A DNA stretch of 64,000 bases from IMG/VR virus record IMGVR_UViG_3300020451_002162, positions 1-64,000 of that record, one strand, 5' to 3'. The notes under the pieces are model-generated. The model saw only the letters and a list, made by a program, of their open reading frames with translations. It made no database searches and was not told the DNA's origin. Below are positions 27,571 to 36,350 of this stretch, in pieces. The position numbers and the translations under genes are program-made. Source of the stretch: a virus. How positions within the stretch are numbered: position 1 is the first letter of the stretch; each line of letters opens with the position of its first letter.

Positions 27571-27897
27571 ATGGCAGATCCTAATACTTTAGGTCATTTT
27601 TTTGAAAACTTTACTACACACATGGCTAGTGTTATAATCGCACTTATTGGTTTCTGGACTACTTTCGTTCGAAATCTAGTCAGCAGAAAAGAAGTAGAAG
27701 AAATGATAAATCATCAAAGTCAATACATGAAAGATAGAGAATTTATTATGGCTAGGTTAGAGGATCATAAAGCAGATAGTGCTACATTATTTAGAGCCCT
27801 TAATAAAAATACAGAGGTAATGAGTGAACTTAAAGTTCAGATCGCAATGCTGAGTAAAACTCTCGAAGCATTGGAAAACAGAATAGAAAGAACATAA
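27571..27897 (+). CDS. single-TM coiled-coil protein
   Basis: Hydrophobic MASVIIALIGFW, then a heptad-like region; GGAG RBS. Confidence 0.65.
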   Translation: MADPNTLGHFFENFTTHMASVIIALIGFWTTFVRNLVSRKEVEEMINHQSQYMKDREFIMARLEDHKADSATLFRALNKNTEVMSELKVQIAMLSKTLEALENRIERT

Positions 27898-27928
27898 TTT
27901 ACAAAACTTTTAGATGGAGATAAAATAA

Positions 27929-28132
27929 ATGGCTACTACAGATGTTGCTTTTTCTAGTGATAATGTTTTTCCTTCAGGCATGCCTAAAAATGGTAGTATG
28001 ATTTTGCATGCTGGAATTAGAACAGCTAATTATGATGTAGATAATACTTATGCTACATCTGGTATTACCGATGATCAAATAGAGGTTAAATATTCTGGTC
28101 GATTTGATGATCGTGACTATTATTTACAATAG
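27929..28132 (+). CDS. hypothetical protein
   Basis: GGAG RBS, co-oriented ORF. Confidence 0.6.
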   Translation: MATTDVAFSSDNVFPSGMPKNGSMILHAGIRTANYDVDNTYATSGITDDQIEVKYSGRFDDRDYYLQ

Positions 28133-28150
28133 TATTTAAGGTGATTTATT

Positions 28151-28630
28151 ATGAAAAAATCATATCAAACAAGCGAATTTTGGTTTACTATCGTTAGTTT
28201 TGTTATAAGTGGTTTATTTATAGTAGGCGTAATTACAGAACCAGATACTAAAGACGACCTAATTAGTGTGGGAACTCATGTCGTTGAGAGTATTATTTTA
28301 TTGGGTGGTCAGTTTATGGTATTTTCTAGATACTTAAACAAAAGGAAAATAGAAAAAATAGAGTTTGAAAAGACCAAGCAAAAAGAACAAGATAATTTAC
28401 GCAAAGAATTAGAAGATTATGTCGGAGTAGGGAAACAACACGAAATTGTAAATATCAACACAGCAGATTTAGGAGAACTAATACAGCTTCCCCATATAGG
28501 ACCCCAACTTGCTCAAAAAATTATTGATTTCAGGAAGGATAACAGTTTTAACAATATTAATGAATTGATTGAAATAAAAGGTATTGGAGATAGTGTCTTT
28601 TCCGATATTAGCAAATATGTCACGGTATGA
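28151..28630 (+). CDS. two-TM membrane protein fused to a ComEA-type helix-hairpin-helix domain
   Basis: KKSYQTSEFW plus two hydrophobic helices; VNINTADLGELIQLPHIGPQLAQKIIDFR..F..INEL.EIKGIG. Confidence 0.85.
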   Translation: MKKSYQTSEFWFTIVSFVISGLFIVGVITEPDTKDDLISVGTHVVESIILLGGQFMVFSRYLNKRKIEKIEFEKTKQKEQDNLRKELEDYVGVGKQHEIVNINTADLGELIQLPHIGPQLAQKIIDFRKDNSFNNINELIEIKGIGDSVFSDISKYVTV

Positions 28631-28640
28631 GGGTTAAAAT

Positions 28641-29069
28641 ATGAATAGTAAAGAATTAATAGCTAAAGAATTCGATGTTTTAATTGACAATGTAAAAACT
28701 AGCCTAGATAATGTAAAAAGATTTGCTGTTGGTGAAGCGTGGAAAATCCTTCAGGTAGCCACAGCAAGTCTAATTCAAACCATTGAAAAATTCGGTTCAG
28801 ATCTAGAAGGTCCAGAAAAAAAGACCATAGCTATGGAATTATTATCTGATTTTTATGATAAAATATTTTCAGCTGTTGATATTCCTGTTGTTCCTAATAT
28901 TTTAGAACCTATTATACATAAGAGTGTCAAGGCATTTTTAATGGTTCTGGTAAGCGCAACAATTGATGCGTTAGTCACAACATTTAGAGAGACAGGTATT
29001 TTTCTAAAGAAAAAACTAGATGAAAATCCTTATAGTAAAGAAGTTGTAAAAGTTTCCTATGTTCCATGA
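28641..29069 (+). CDS. hypothetical protein
   Basis: GPEKK..A..L..DIP.VP..LE motif; GAGG RBS. Confidence 0.65.
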   Translation: MNSKELIAKEFDVLIDNVKTSLDNVKRFAVGEAWKILQVATASLIQTIEKFGSDLEGPEKKTIAMELLSDFYDKIFSAVDIPVVPNILEPIIHKSVKAFLMVLVSATIDALVTTFRETGIFLKKKLDENPYSKEVVKVSYVP

Positions 29070-29081
29070 AAGGGATAGATT

Positions 29082-29465
29082 ATGAATTTTAGCCAAAGTT
29101 TTGAGGAATTTAGTAGCAGTTTAGGCCCGATGGATTTGGCTTTATATGCTGGGGTAGGCATAGTTTTATGGGTCTTGTTTAAAGATAAGCTAAGTCCTGT
29201 TCAGAAAATTATAGTAGATTTAGTAAATAAAGCAAAGTCTTCTTTAGGACAAGATGGGAAACCCACAGTATCTGTTCCATTGCCAGATAGTATGAAAAAT
29301 GCTCCTGTGAAGACTCAAAATGTATTTTTTGATTTAGTTGTGTCTTGGAAGCAAACAAGAGACCTAGCAGAACTTAGCGGTTGTAAGAAAGCAGTTGAAG
29401 TAGCTGATCAAATGTTTCCTTACTTAAGTCCAACAATATGTTCGGAGGATAAAGATGCAGAATAA
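29082..29465 (+). CDS. single-TM hypothetical protein
   Basis: LALYAGVGIVLWVLF. Confidence 0.65.
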   Translation: MNFSQSFEEFSSSLGPMDLALYAGVGIVLWVLFKDKLSPVQKIIVDLVNKAKSSLGQDGKPTVSVPLPDSMKNAPVKTQNVFFDLVVSWKQTRDLAELSGCKKAVEVADQMFPYLSPTICSEDKDAE

Positions 29466-29961
29466 ATTATTATTATTTGTAGGAGTCGTATTAGTATTAT
29501 TTGGCGTATTTAAGCCCGATTTATCTAATTTGTCTTTGCCTGTAGGTGGTAATACTGTATGCGTAACATCTAATCATGTTACAGATGCTCCTGCGAATGA
29601 AGTATTGTTAAATAAATCTAGAGCTATTACTGAAGTACTACTTGCTTCTGATGATTCTACTAGAAAAAGCGATTGTATAAAACTATCCTCTTTATACTGT
29701 GATATTGCGACATTAATAGAATTAGACGAAACAGACTTAGTAATTGCTGACACATCAACAATCAGAGAAGTAAATAGTATTGCTGGTAAGATGTTAAGAT
29801 TAGATATAAAAGATAAATATCCTAATCTTGCTGAGTTAGCTAAAGATCTTGTTGTGACCAATATAGGTGACGACGATGTGATTTTAGATAAAGAACTTAG
29901 GCTTAAAGCTGTAGAGGCTTTTCGGGCATTAAGCTGGGCATTTTGGGAGGGTAGTAAATAA
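29455..29961 (+). CDS. signal-anchored hypothetical protein
   Basis: KLLLFVGVVLVLFGVF N-terminus. Confidence 0.65.
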   Translation: MQNKLLLFVGVVLVLFGVFKPDLSNLSLPVGGNTVCVTSNHVTDAPANEVLLNKSRAITEVLLASDDSTRKSDCIKLSSLYCDIATLIELDETDLVIADTSTIREVNSIAGKMLRLDIKDKYPNLAELAKDLVVTNIGDDDVILDKELRLKAVEAFRALSWAFWEGSK

Positions 29962-30887
29962 TGCCAAGAATGACTCCAAAAAATTTATATGACGCTTACA
30001 GACAAGGATATAACGGATGTCTGTGGGAAGAACACGTTTTTGCAGAACTAATAGATAGCTCAAGATATGGTTATTTTAAAGACGGGGCTAAAAAAATTAA
30101 AAATAGCGGAAAAGGTAAACTATCAACTCCTTTTATGTCTGTATTAAAATTTGACAAAAATGCATATATAGAGAGACAAACTACAGGAGATTGTGTGTCT
30201 CACGCAACTCGAAACGCATGTGACATAACGAGAGCAGTAGAAATTGACATTAAGGGAGACAAAGAAAGTTGGATTGCTAGAGGTGCTACTGAAGCTATAT
30301 ATGGATGCAGAGGTCACGGTGGCCAAGGAATGAGCTGTAGTCGTGCAGCTACTTTTGTTACTCAGTCGGGAGGAATATTAGTTAGAAAAAATTATCCTGG
30401 TGTTGCTAACTTTTCTAAATACAATGGCTCTATGGGTGCTAAATGGGGCTCTAGAGGTTTACCAGATAAAGTTATAGACAAAGCAGATGATCATCAAGTA
30501 AAAACAGCTTCCCTAATAAGAACTGTTGAAGAAGCTAGAGATGCTTTGGCTAATGGGTATGGATTAAGTGTTTGTAGTAATTATGGATTTTCCAGCAAAA
30601 GAGATAGCAAGGGATTCGCTAGAAAAAGTGGGTCCTGGAATCACGCAATGTCCTGGACGGCCTGTGACGATACTGGTAAAGAACCTGCTTTTCTTATACA
30701 AAACAGCTGGGGCAAATTTAATAGCGGAGGGCATCCAGAATGGGGTCCAATTCCTGATGGTTCTTTTTTAATACATGCTGATGTTGCAGAAGGGATGCTT
30801 CGACAAAATGGGGCTTATGCCTTTAGTGATTTTAATGGATTTCCTCCACAGAAACTTCCTGATTATGGCTTCGGAGATTATTTATGA
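29961..30887 (+). CDS. papain-like (C1/clan CA) cysteine peptidase
   Basis: Q...GDCVSHA (Gln/Cys), WNHAM (His), QNSWG (Asn). Confidence 0.85.
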   Translation: MPRMTPKNLYDAYRQGYNGCLWEEHVFAELIDSSRYGYFKDGAKKIKNSGKGKLSTPFMSVLKFDKNAYIERQTTGDCVSHATRNACDITRAVEIDIKGDKESWIARGATEAIYGCRGHGGQGMSCSRAATFVTQSGGILVRKNYPGVANFSKYNGSMGAKWGSRGLPDKVIDKADDHQVKTASLIRTVEEARDALANGYGLSVCSNYGFSSKRDSKGFARKSGSWNHAMSWTACDDTGKEPAFLIQNSWGKFNSGGHPEWGPIPDGSFLIHADVAEGMLRQNGAYAFSDFNGFPPQKLPDYGFGDYL

Positions 30888-31045
30888 GACTATTAGATAA
30901 GATTGCACTTAACAGTTTAATTAAAACCATTACTAGTTTTATATTAGCTATATTAAAAATGTTTGCCCCAAGTAAATCTGACAGCATAACTCCTAGAGAG
31001 AGAAAACGCCCTGTGCTTGACTTTCTTAAAAAATGGATGAAATAA
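30884..31045 (+). CDS. small amphipathic hypothetical protein (53 aa)
   Basis: MRLLDKIALNSLIKTITSFILAILKMF...; ATGA overlap and GGAG RBS; below the ORF-track cutoff. Confidence 0.6.
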   Translation: MRLLDKIALNSLIKTITSFILAILKMFAPSKSDSITPRERKRPVLDFLKKWMK

Positions 31046-31049
31046 AATT

Positions 31050-31298
31050 ATGAGCAAAATCTTACTTAGTGCAATTATTAGCTTGCCTTTAATATTTGGC
31101 CAGTTTTTATTTACCAATATAGTCGATCCACCTTCTTATAGCACAACAGCTATTGTTGCTTTGGTTGGAGCCAAAGTAGCTGCACAAAAAGATGTTGTGA
31201 AAAAATACAAAAGAAAAGATTGTCCTGTTTGCAAAGGAAAAGGTTGGTATATTAGTGGTGATGGAATAGCTAAAATAAGCTGTCAATACTGCGAGTAG
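31050..31298 (+). CDS. membrane-anchored protein with a DnaJ-type zinc finger
   Basis: Hydrophobic N-terminus; CPVCKGKG...CQYC. Confidence 0.65.
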   Translation: MSKILLSAIISLPLIFGQFLFTNIVDPPSYSTTAIVALVGAKVAAQKDVVKKYKRKDCPVCKGKGWYISGDGIAKISCQYCE

Positions 31299-31301
31299 TA
31301 C

Positions 31302-31325
31302 GGTGTATTTTATTCTGTAATCACC
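31302..31325 (+). promoter_or_regulatory. GGTGTAT motif in an imperfect hairpin; putative phage promoter
   Basis: GGTGTATT-ttattctgt-AATCACC; 50 nt before ATG 31352. Confidence 0.5.
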
Positions 31326-31351
31326 TATAATACTTAAGGACTATCTAGATA

Positions 31352-32383
31352 ATGTCAGATATACAAAAAATAGACACTAGTAAGTCTATAGATCATGGTG
31401 GAGTTACCGTTAGGTATCCATTCGGTGAAGGAGAAGGTCGTGACGCTAAGATATCTAGTCAGGACATCAAGACTCAAGCAAATAATTTATTAAATAAATT
31501 TAAGCCATTAAGACGGTTTGATTCAAAAACATTCTCATCCCTCTATTCCATGTTAAAAGATAAAACTTTAGGGATATATCAATCTGACTTACCGTACCCT
31601 AGTACATCTAACTTTACATTAAAATCACAATTAGACTTGGGAATAGGTGTTTTTTCTGTATTTGACGAGCATTATATTTTTAGTTATAATAATTATATAT
31701 ATGTGTGTTGTAATAACAATAATATTAAATATATAGATGCTGATTTTAATATATCTGAAATTGATATTGGTTACAGATGGGATCAAATCTTTTTTAAAGA
31801 CAATGATACTATTTTTACCTTATTAGACAACAAGATTTATCAAATTGATTTAACAAATAATACAAGCTCTGTTTATGGAACATTAGACAGCGCAATACCA
31901 TATCCTGTAGACGATATTAAATATGACAACATCAATAACAAATTTATATGTGGGTCAAGCGAAAAAATATTTATTAGCAACAATAGCTTGACCTTGCTGG
32001 CTACCTTGAGCAATACAGTGCAAACTTTATTCAATAACAAAAACGGCACCTTTATAGCATCTAGACCTTTAGACGGAAATAATGTTCAAGACAATTTTCA
32101 AATAGACTTATCAGATAATTCTATCACAACATTAACAGATAACAAAAACTATTATGAACACATAGACTTGTTTTGCAACAATTACACTAAGACTTCCGAA
32201 ACGGGCAATGTCGAATTATATAGCGGTTCTACTTTACTAGGCACTATATCTCTGTTTGATGATGTATTGTCTGTAAATCAATCTACGGACACTATTGTTG
32301 TAAGAGAAAATGACAAAAGAAATGTCTATTCTTTAACAAATGCTCTTAATGGTAAACTTTCTAAACTTGTGGAGTTAGATTAA
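31352..32383 (+). CDS. putative virion protein, beta-propeller-like
   Basis: Repeated short beta strands (IYQIDLTNN, FQIDLSDNS); Asn/Ser/Thr-rich. Confidence 0.5.
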   Translation: MSDIQKIDTSKSIDHGGVTVRYPFGEGEGRDAKISSQDIKTQANNLLNKFKPLRRFDSKTFSSLYSMLKDKTLGIYQSDLPYPSTSNFTLKSQLDLGIGVFSVFDEHYIFSYNNYIYVCCNNNNIKYIDADFNISEIDIGYRWDQIFFKDNDTIFTLLDNKIYQIDLTNNTSSVYGTLDSAIPYPVDDIKYDNINNKFICGSSEKIFISNNSLTLLATLSNTVQTLFNNKNGTFIASRPLDGNNVQDNFQIDLSDNSITTLTDNKNYYEHIDLFCNNYTKTSETGNVELYSGSTLLGTISLFDDVLSVNQSTDTIVVRENDKRNVYSLTNALNGKLSKLVELD

Positions 32384-32976
32384 TGAGTGTACTTGTTGTA
32401 GCACAAAGCGGCGTGTCGATCACCCCAACACCAACACCCAACAGGTCTGCAACCCCTACGCCAACACCAAGTGTTACATCTACTCCAATAGTAGCCACTG
32501 TCACCCCAACCGCTACTTCTACAGTAACGCCCACTCCTACTATTACCAAAACACCAACCCCCACACCAACAACATCTCCTAGACCAATATCTATACTGAC
32601 CCATCCTGAGTCCCAAACAATAGATATAGAACAAACACAAAGTGTAATGTTGCGTACAAGTACAGATAATAATTCTACTCATTATTATTCTTGGCAATAC
32701 TCTGACAATGGAGGTTCTGACTGGAATTTTATTACAATAAGTGGTTTATCTGTGCCGTCTAAGGAATCTAATCCAACATCCTACTTATTCTTAAATAATC
32801 TCACACCCGCTCAACACAATAATCAATACAGATGTCAAATCACCAATGAAGTATTTACTACAGAAACAAACGCAGCAACACTTACCATACTGACAGATAT
32901 CAATATTACAACACAGCCCACAGGCACTACTATTTCAGGTAGTGGAACAGCAACATTTTCTATAGGTGCAGAATAA
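32383..32976 (+). CDS. Thr/Pro-rich linker plus Ig-like domain virion protein
   Basis: TP repeats; ILTHP..YSWQYSDNGG..YRCQI..ATLTI; ends in a partial second Ig domain (ITTQP..TATFSIGA). Confidence 0.75.
   Translation: MSVLVVAQSGVSITPTPTPNRSATPTPTPSVTSTPIVATVTPTATSTVTPTPTITKTPTPTPTTSPRPISILTHPESQTIDIEQTQSVMLRTSTDNNSTHYYSWQYSDNGGSDWNFITISGLSVPSKESNPTSYLFLNNLTPAQHNNQYRCQITNEVFTTETNAATLTILTDINITTQPTGTTISGSGTATFSIGAE
32422..32586 (+). repeat. mucin-like (TP)n low-complexity coding repeat
   Basis: TPTPTPNRSATPTPTPSVTSTP...TPTPTPTTSPRP; acacca-type hexamer repeats. Confidence 0.9.
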
Positions 32977-35900
32977 TGTCAATTAATTATCAATGGCAAG
33001 TATCTAAAGACGGAGGAGATAACTACTCCAATATTAATTATACAGGAACTATTTTAAACTTAAGTGGAATCAAAAGACATCAAGACAATAATCTTTATAG
33101 ATGTAGAGTCAACAGAGATGGTAGCGCCAAATATAGGTACAGTAATTCCGCTAAACTTACAGTCTTTCCAGATATATCTCTTGGCAAATTACCCAGTAAC
33201 ATTTCTATAGACGACGGAAATCTTTCGCTAAGTCCGACAGTTTCTGTAGACAATAGTGCTACAACTTCTTTTCAATGGCAGTATTCAGATAACGACGGTG
33301 ATAAGTACTATAACTTACCATCGCAAACAGGATCAGGATTAACTCTTACAGGACTATCTTCCGCCAATAAAAATTGGCTATATAAATTAAAAGTAAATAG
33401 CTACTACTATTCAGGCATTATCAATACAATATTCTCTAATGCCGTCAAAGCCAACATTGATACAAATGTGCCAATTATACAAATATGGAGACAACCACAG
33501 CATTACTATATAGACACTCAATCTCAAGAAGCGAGAGCAGAATTTGATGTAACTATATCAAGCACAGGATTAGATGCAAATGGTATTCCGACTACTTTTT
33601 TCGAGTCAAGCGGAATTAGCTACGCTTGGGAACGAACAATAGATAATATTAATTGGGAACCTGTTGCTACCCATCCTAGTGGACAAAACAAATTATCTGT
33701 TTATGATCTAATAAAAGACGAAGAAGCTAGCAGTAAAACAAGTTGGCAGAATTACTATCAGACTATTGGTGCTAAGTATAGAGTAAATGCGTCTAAGGAT
33801 GGACACACCGTTCTCTCAGAAACAGCTTCATTACTCGACAAAATCAATCTTCCAGAAACTACTAATTCTGACTATAGCTCCAAAATATATAGTATGAATC
33901 ACTTTCATATTAGAACCTGTAAAGGTTTGACCTTGGGTCTTTTTAGTAATTGTCCTCAAATTCTAGAAAATAAAAATAGAAGAATTAATCTTAAACTTTT
34001 AAGCTTAGAATCTAATGGCGACAAATATGACTTGGTTCTAAATATGATCAGAGCCCCAGAGAATAATGAGACTAAACCTTACAGTATTGCCATAGAAAAC
34101 GTTTCTTTATTTAAAAACAACATATTACAACAAAACGCTCTAACAAATTTTAATTTATCAGAAAACAAAAAAACAGCATTTACTATAAACGAATCCGCCG
34201 GAGTGCAATCTTTGTCGAATAATATTTCTGCCGCTGGAGCAGGTATAGATTATGGACAAGGTTACTGTATTAATTTGTGTAATCCTCTACACGGTGATAA
34301 CTTACTTAATAATAACTATAAAAACTTTATTAGTAATTGTATAGCTAGATGTAGTAAGAAAAAATATGGCGCTATCAAAGTAGGTTTTACAACTACAGGT
34401 AGTTCGTCTGTAGATACTGATTTATTATCTAAACTCCCAACCGAACTACAAATCCAAAATGGAAACGACCGAATTGTAAATCTGAGAATTAGTTATGAAA
34501 TTATAGGTAGTGCTAGTGCAATATCAAAAAGCACATTAGCCAATGTGGATGTAGTAATATTAAACCAAGGATATAATTGGTCTTCTAGACAATTCACCGA
34601 AGCAGAGCAGTTAGCTTTAAAATACTATGTAAATGATGGTGGAGGATTAATTACATCAGAATGGGTTTTATGGAATGCTTATTACGGGAAATTCAATCAT
34701 TTAAAAGAAGTATTTGCTGCAGAACCTACCAGGTATTACAAAACAGAGAAAGAGGTTCGGTATTATCAATATGACAAAGATACTATAGTTAATAACGACA
34801 TTGAAAAAGACTTTAAATTTAGTCCTACTAATGTTGCTGGAGGAACAGAAACTACTCTAGATTCTTTTAAATCTAAAGCCCAGCTTTTTTATATTAAAGA
34901 TCCTTTACCTATAGGAATACGTTTCAAGCAATCAACATTTAATATTTTAGATTTATTCTCCTTCACAGCAAAAGAAACCGAAAATACAACATCAGTTTCT
35001 TTAGATGGATTTTCAACATTCTTTGAGGGCTCTTTTCATTGGCTAGGAAAAATAGATAAAGACGCAAAAATTGGAGGTGTTTTATATTGGGTCTATAAAT
35101 CTCTAATAGAACATTATAGGAAAGCAGAACCTGGTACTACTAAACCTAATTCAGTCTGGTCTTTAGGAAGACTTTTAGTTGGAGGCACAACAGATGGTAT
35201 TAATCCTATATTGAAAGAGTATGATTACGAGATATCCGACTTCTTATTTAGTGATAGTCAGCTTCCTTCAGCGCAAATTTCTCCAGAACAAGAACTCACT
35301 CCTAATGATAATTTCTGGAAAGATTTATCCAAACTTTTAGGAGGCCTCAGACCTGTTAATAGTTATTATAGAGATCATAGAGAAATTGTTAAAGATAATA
35401 TCAACATAACAAAGCCTTTAATAGCAGGAACCACAGCAGTTAAACCTGTGTCAGGAGAAGTGTTGCTGCCTGTATCTGTTGTCAGCTCATCAGATTTACC
35501 TATCTCTTTTACTGTTCAGAAAGCTAGTGGAGAATCTTTTAAAGATCTTTTTAGTGGTACTTTTAATAATAGTTCTATTTATATTTCAGGTATTGAATCT
35601 TCTGATATTGATGATTTGATTGATAGAAGAGTTGTATTTAAAACACCATTAAACGACGAGGGCGAATCAACCCAATTATTTAGGTTCCAATCTAGAGGAA
35701 AGGGAGGAATATTACGTCGTCCCCCATTAAACAACCAAGCGTACGTTCAAAGATTAAATCATAATGGATCAGGACTGTTTAAAAAAACAATCATGCATAC
35801 TGGAGTAAATGGCATCACATCAGAAGGAAATGCTATTCAATTAGGATCTTCTGGTAATTTAATTAGTTGGCAATATTCTTATGATGATAAAAATTATTAT

Positions 35901-36350
35901 AATATTCAAAGCGGAGGATCAATATCTGGTACAGATTGCATTCTAGCTCTTAGTAGTGGAGAATATAATAAATTTATTAGATATAAAGCCTACCCTCTTC
36001 GTAATAATATAACTTCAAATAGTATAGAACCAACTATTAATTCTGTTTCATATAGTAATTCAAATCTTTATGATCCACAAAACGATATATTTTTACATAG
36101 ACGATACAACAATTATTATACAAGTGGGGGTATATACTATTGCGATCTATATGTGTCTGTAGAAAACACTAAAGATACTTTTGTTGTAGAAGATATTACC
36201 TGGGAACAGTATAATTCTACTACAAATATATATAGTAGTGTGCCTAACACTTCGGGCAATAATGTGCTGGTGGCTAGCGGAGTAAAAGTTACTTTATTGG
36301 ATAATTATCAGTTTAGAGCTAAAATAAACAACAGGATTTTTTACACATGA
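32976..36350 (+). CDS. large multi-Ig-domain putative virion protein with an internal GATase-like domain
   Basis: Repeated YQWQ.S.DGG / Y(R/K)..V Ig motifs; central DVVILN..YVNDGGGLITSE. Confidence 0.7.
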   Translation: MSINYQWQVSKDGGDNYSNINYTGTILNLSGIKRHQDNNLYRCRVNRDGSAKYRYSNSAKLTVFPDISLGKLPSNISIDDGNLSLSPTVSVDNSATTSFQWQYSDNDGDKYYNLPSQTGSGLTLTGLSSANKNWLYKLKVNSYYYSGIINTIFSNAVKANIDTNVPIIQIWRQPQHYYIDTQSQEARAEFDVTISSTGLDANGIPTTFFESSGISYAWERTIDNINWEPVATHPSGQNKLSVYDLIKDEEASSKTSWQNYYQTIGAKYRVNASKDGHTVLSETASLLDKINLPETTNSDYSSKIYSMNHFHIRTCKGLTLGLFSNCPQILENKNRRINLKLLSLESNGDKYDLVLNMIRAPENNETKPYSIAIENVSLFKNNILQQNALTNFNLSENKKTAFTINESAGVQSLSNNISAAGAGIDYGQGYCINLCNPLHGDNLLNNNYKNFISNCIARCSKKKYGAIKVGFTTTGSSSVDTDLLSKLPTELQIQNGNDRIVNLRISYEIIGSASAISKSTLANVDVVILNQGYNWSSRQFTEAEQLALKYYVNDGGGLITSEWVLWNAYYGKFNHLKEVFAAEPTRYYKTEKEVRYYQYDKDTIVNNDIEKDFKFSPTNVAGGTETTLDSFKSKAQLFYIKDPLPIGIRFKQSTFNILDLFSFTAKETENTTSVSLDGFSTFFEGSFHWLGKIDKDAKIGGVLYWVYKSLIEHYRKAEPGTTKPNSVWSLGRLLVGGTTDGINPILKEYDYEISDFLFSDSQLPSAQISPEQELTPNDNFWKDLSKLLGGLRPVNSYYRDHREIVKDNINITKPLIAGTTAVKPVSGEVLLPVSVVSSSDLPISFTVQKASGESFKDLFSGTFNNSSIYISGIESSDIDDLIDRRVVFKTPLNDEGESTQLFRFQSRGKGGILRRPPLNNQAYVQRLNHNGSGLFKKTIMHTGVNGITSEGNAIQLGSSGNLISWQYSYDDKNYYNIQSGGSISGTDCILALSSGEYNKFIRYKAYPLRNNITSNSIEPTINSVSYSNSNLYDPQNDIFLHRRYNNYYTSGGIYYCDLYVSVENTKDTFVVEDITWEQYNSTTNIYSSVPNTSGNNVLVASGVKVTLLDNYQFRAKINNRIFYT

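Noticed and set aside
32361-32697. Alternative-frame ORFs over the TP repeat (GV-repeat and Cys/Trp-rich peptides)
   Set aside because: Antisense shadows of the low-complexity coding repeat
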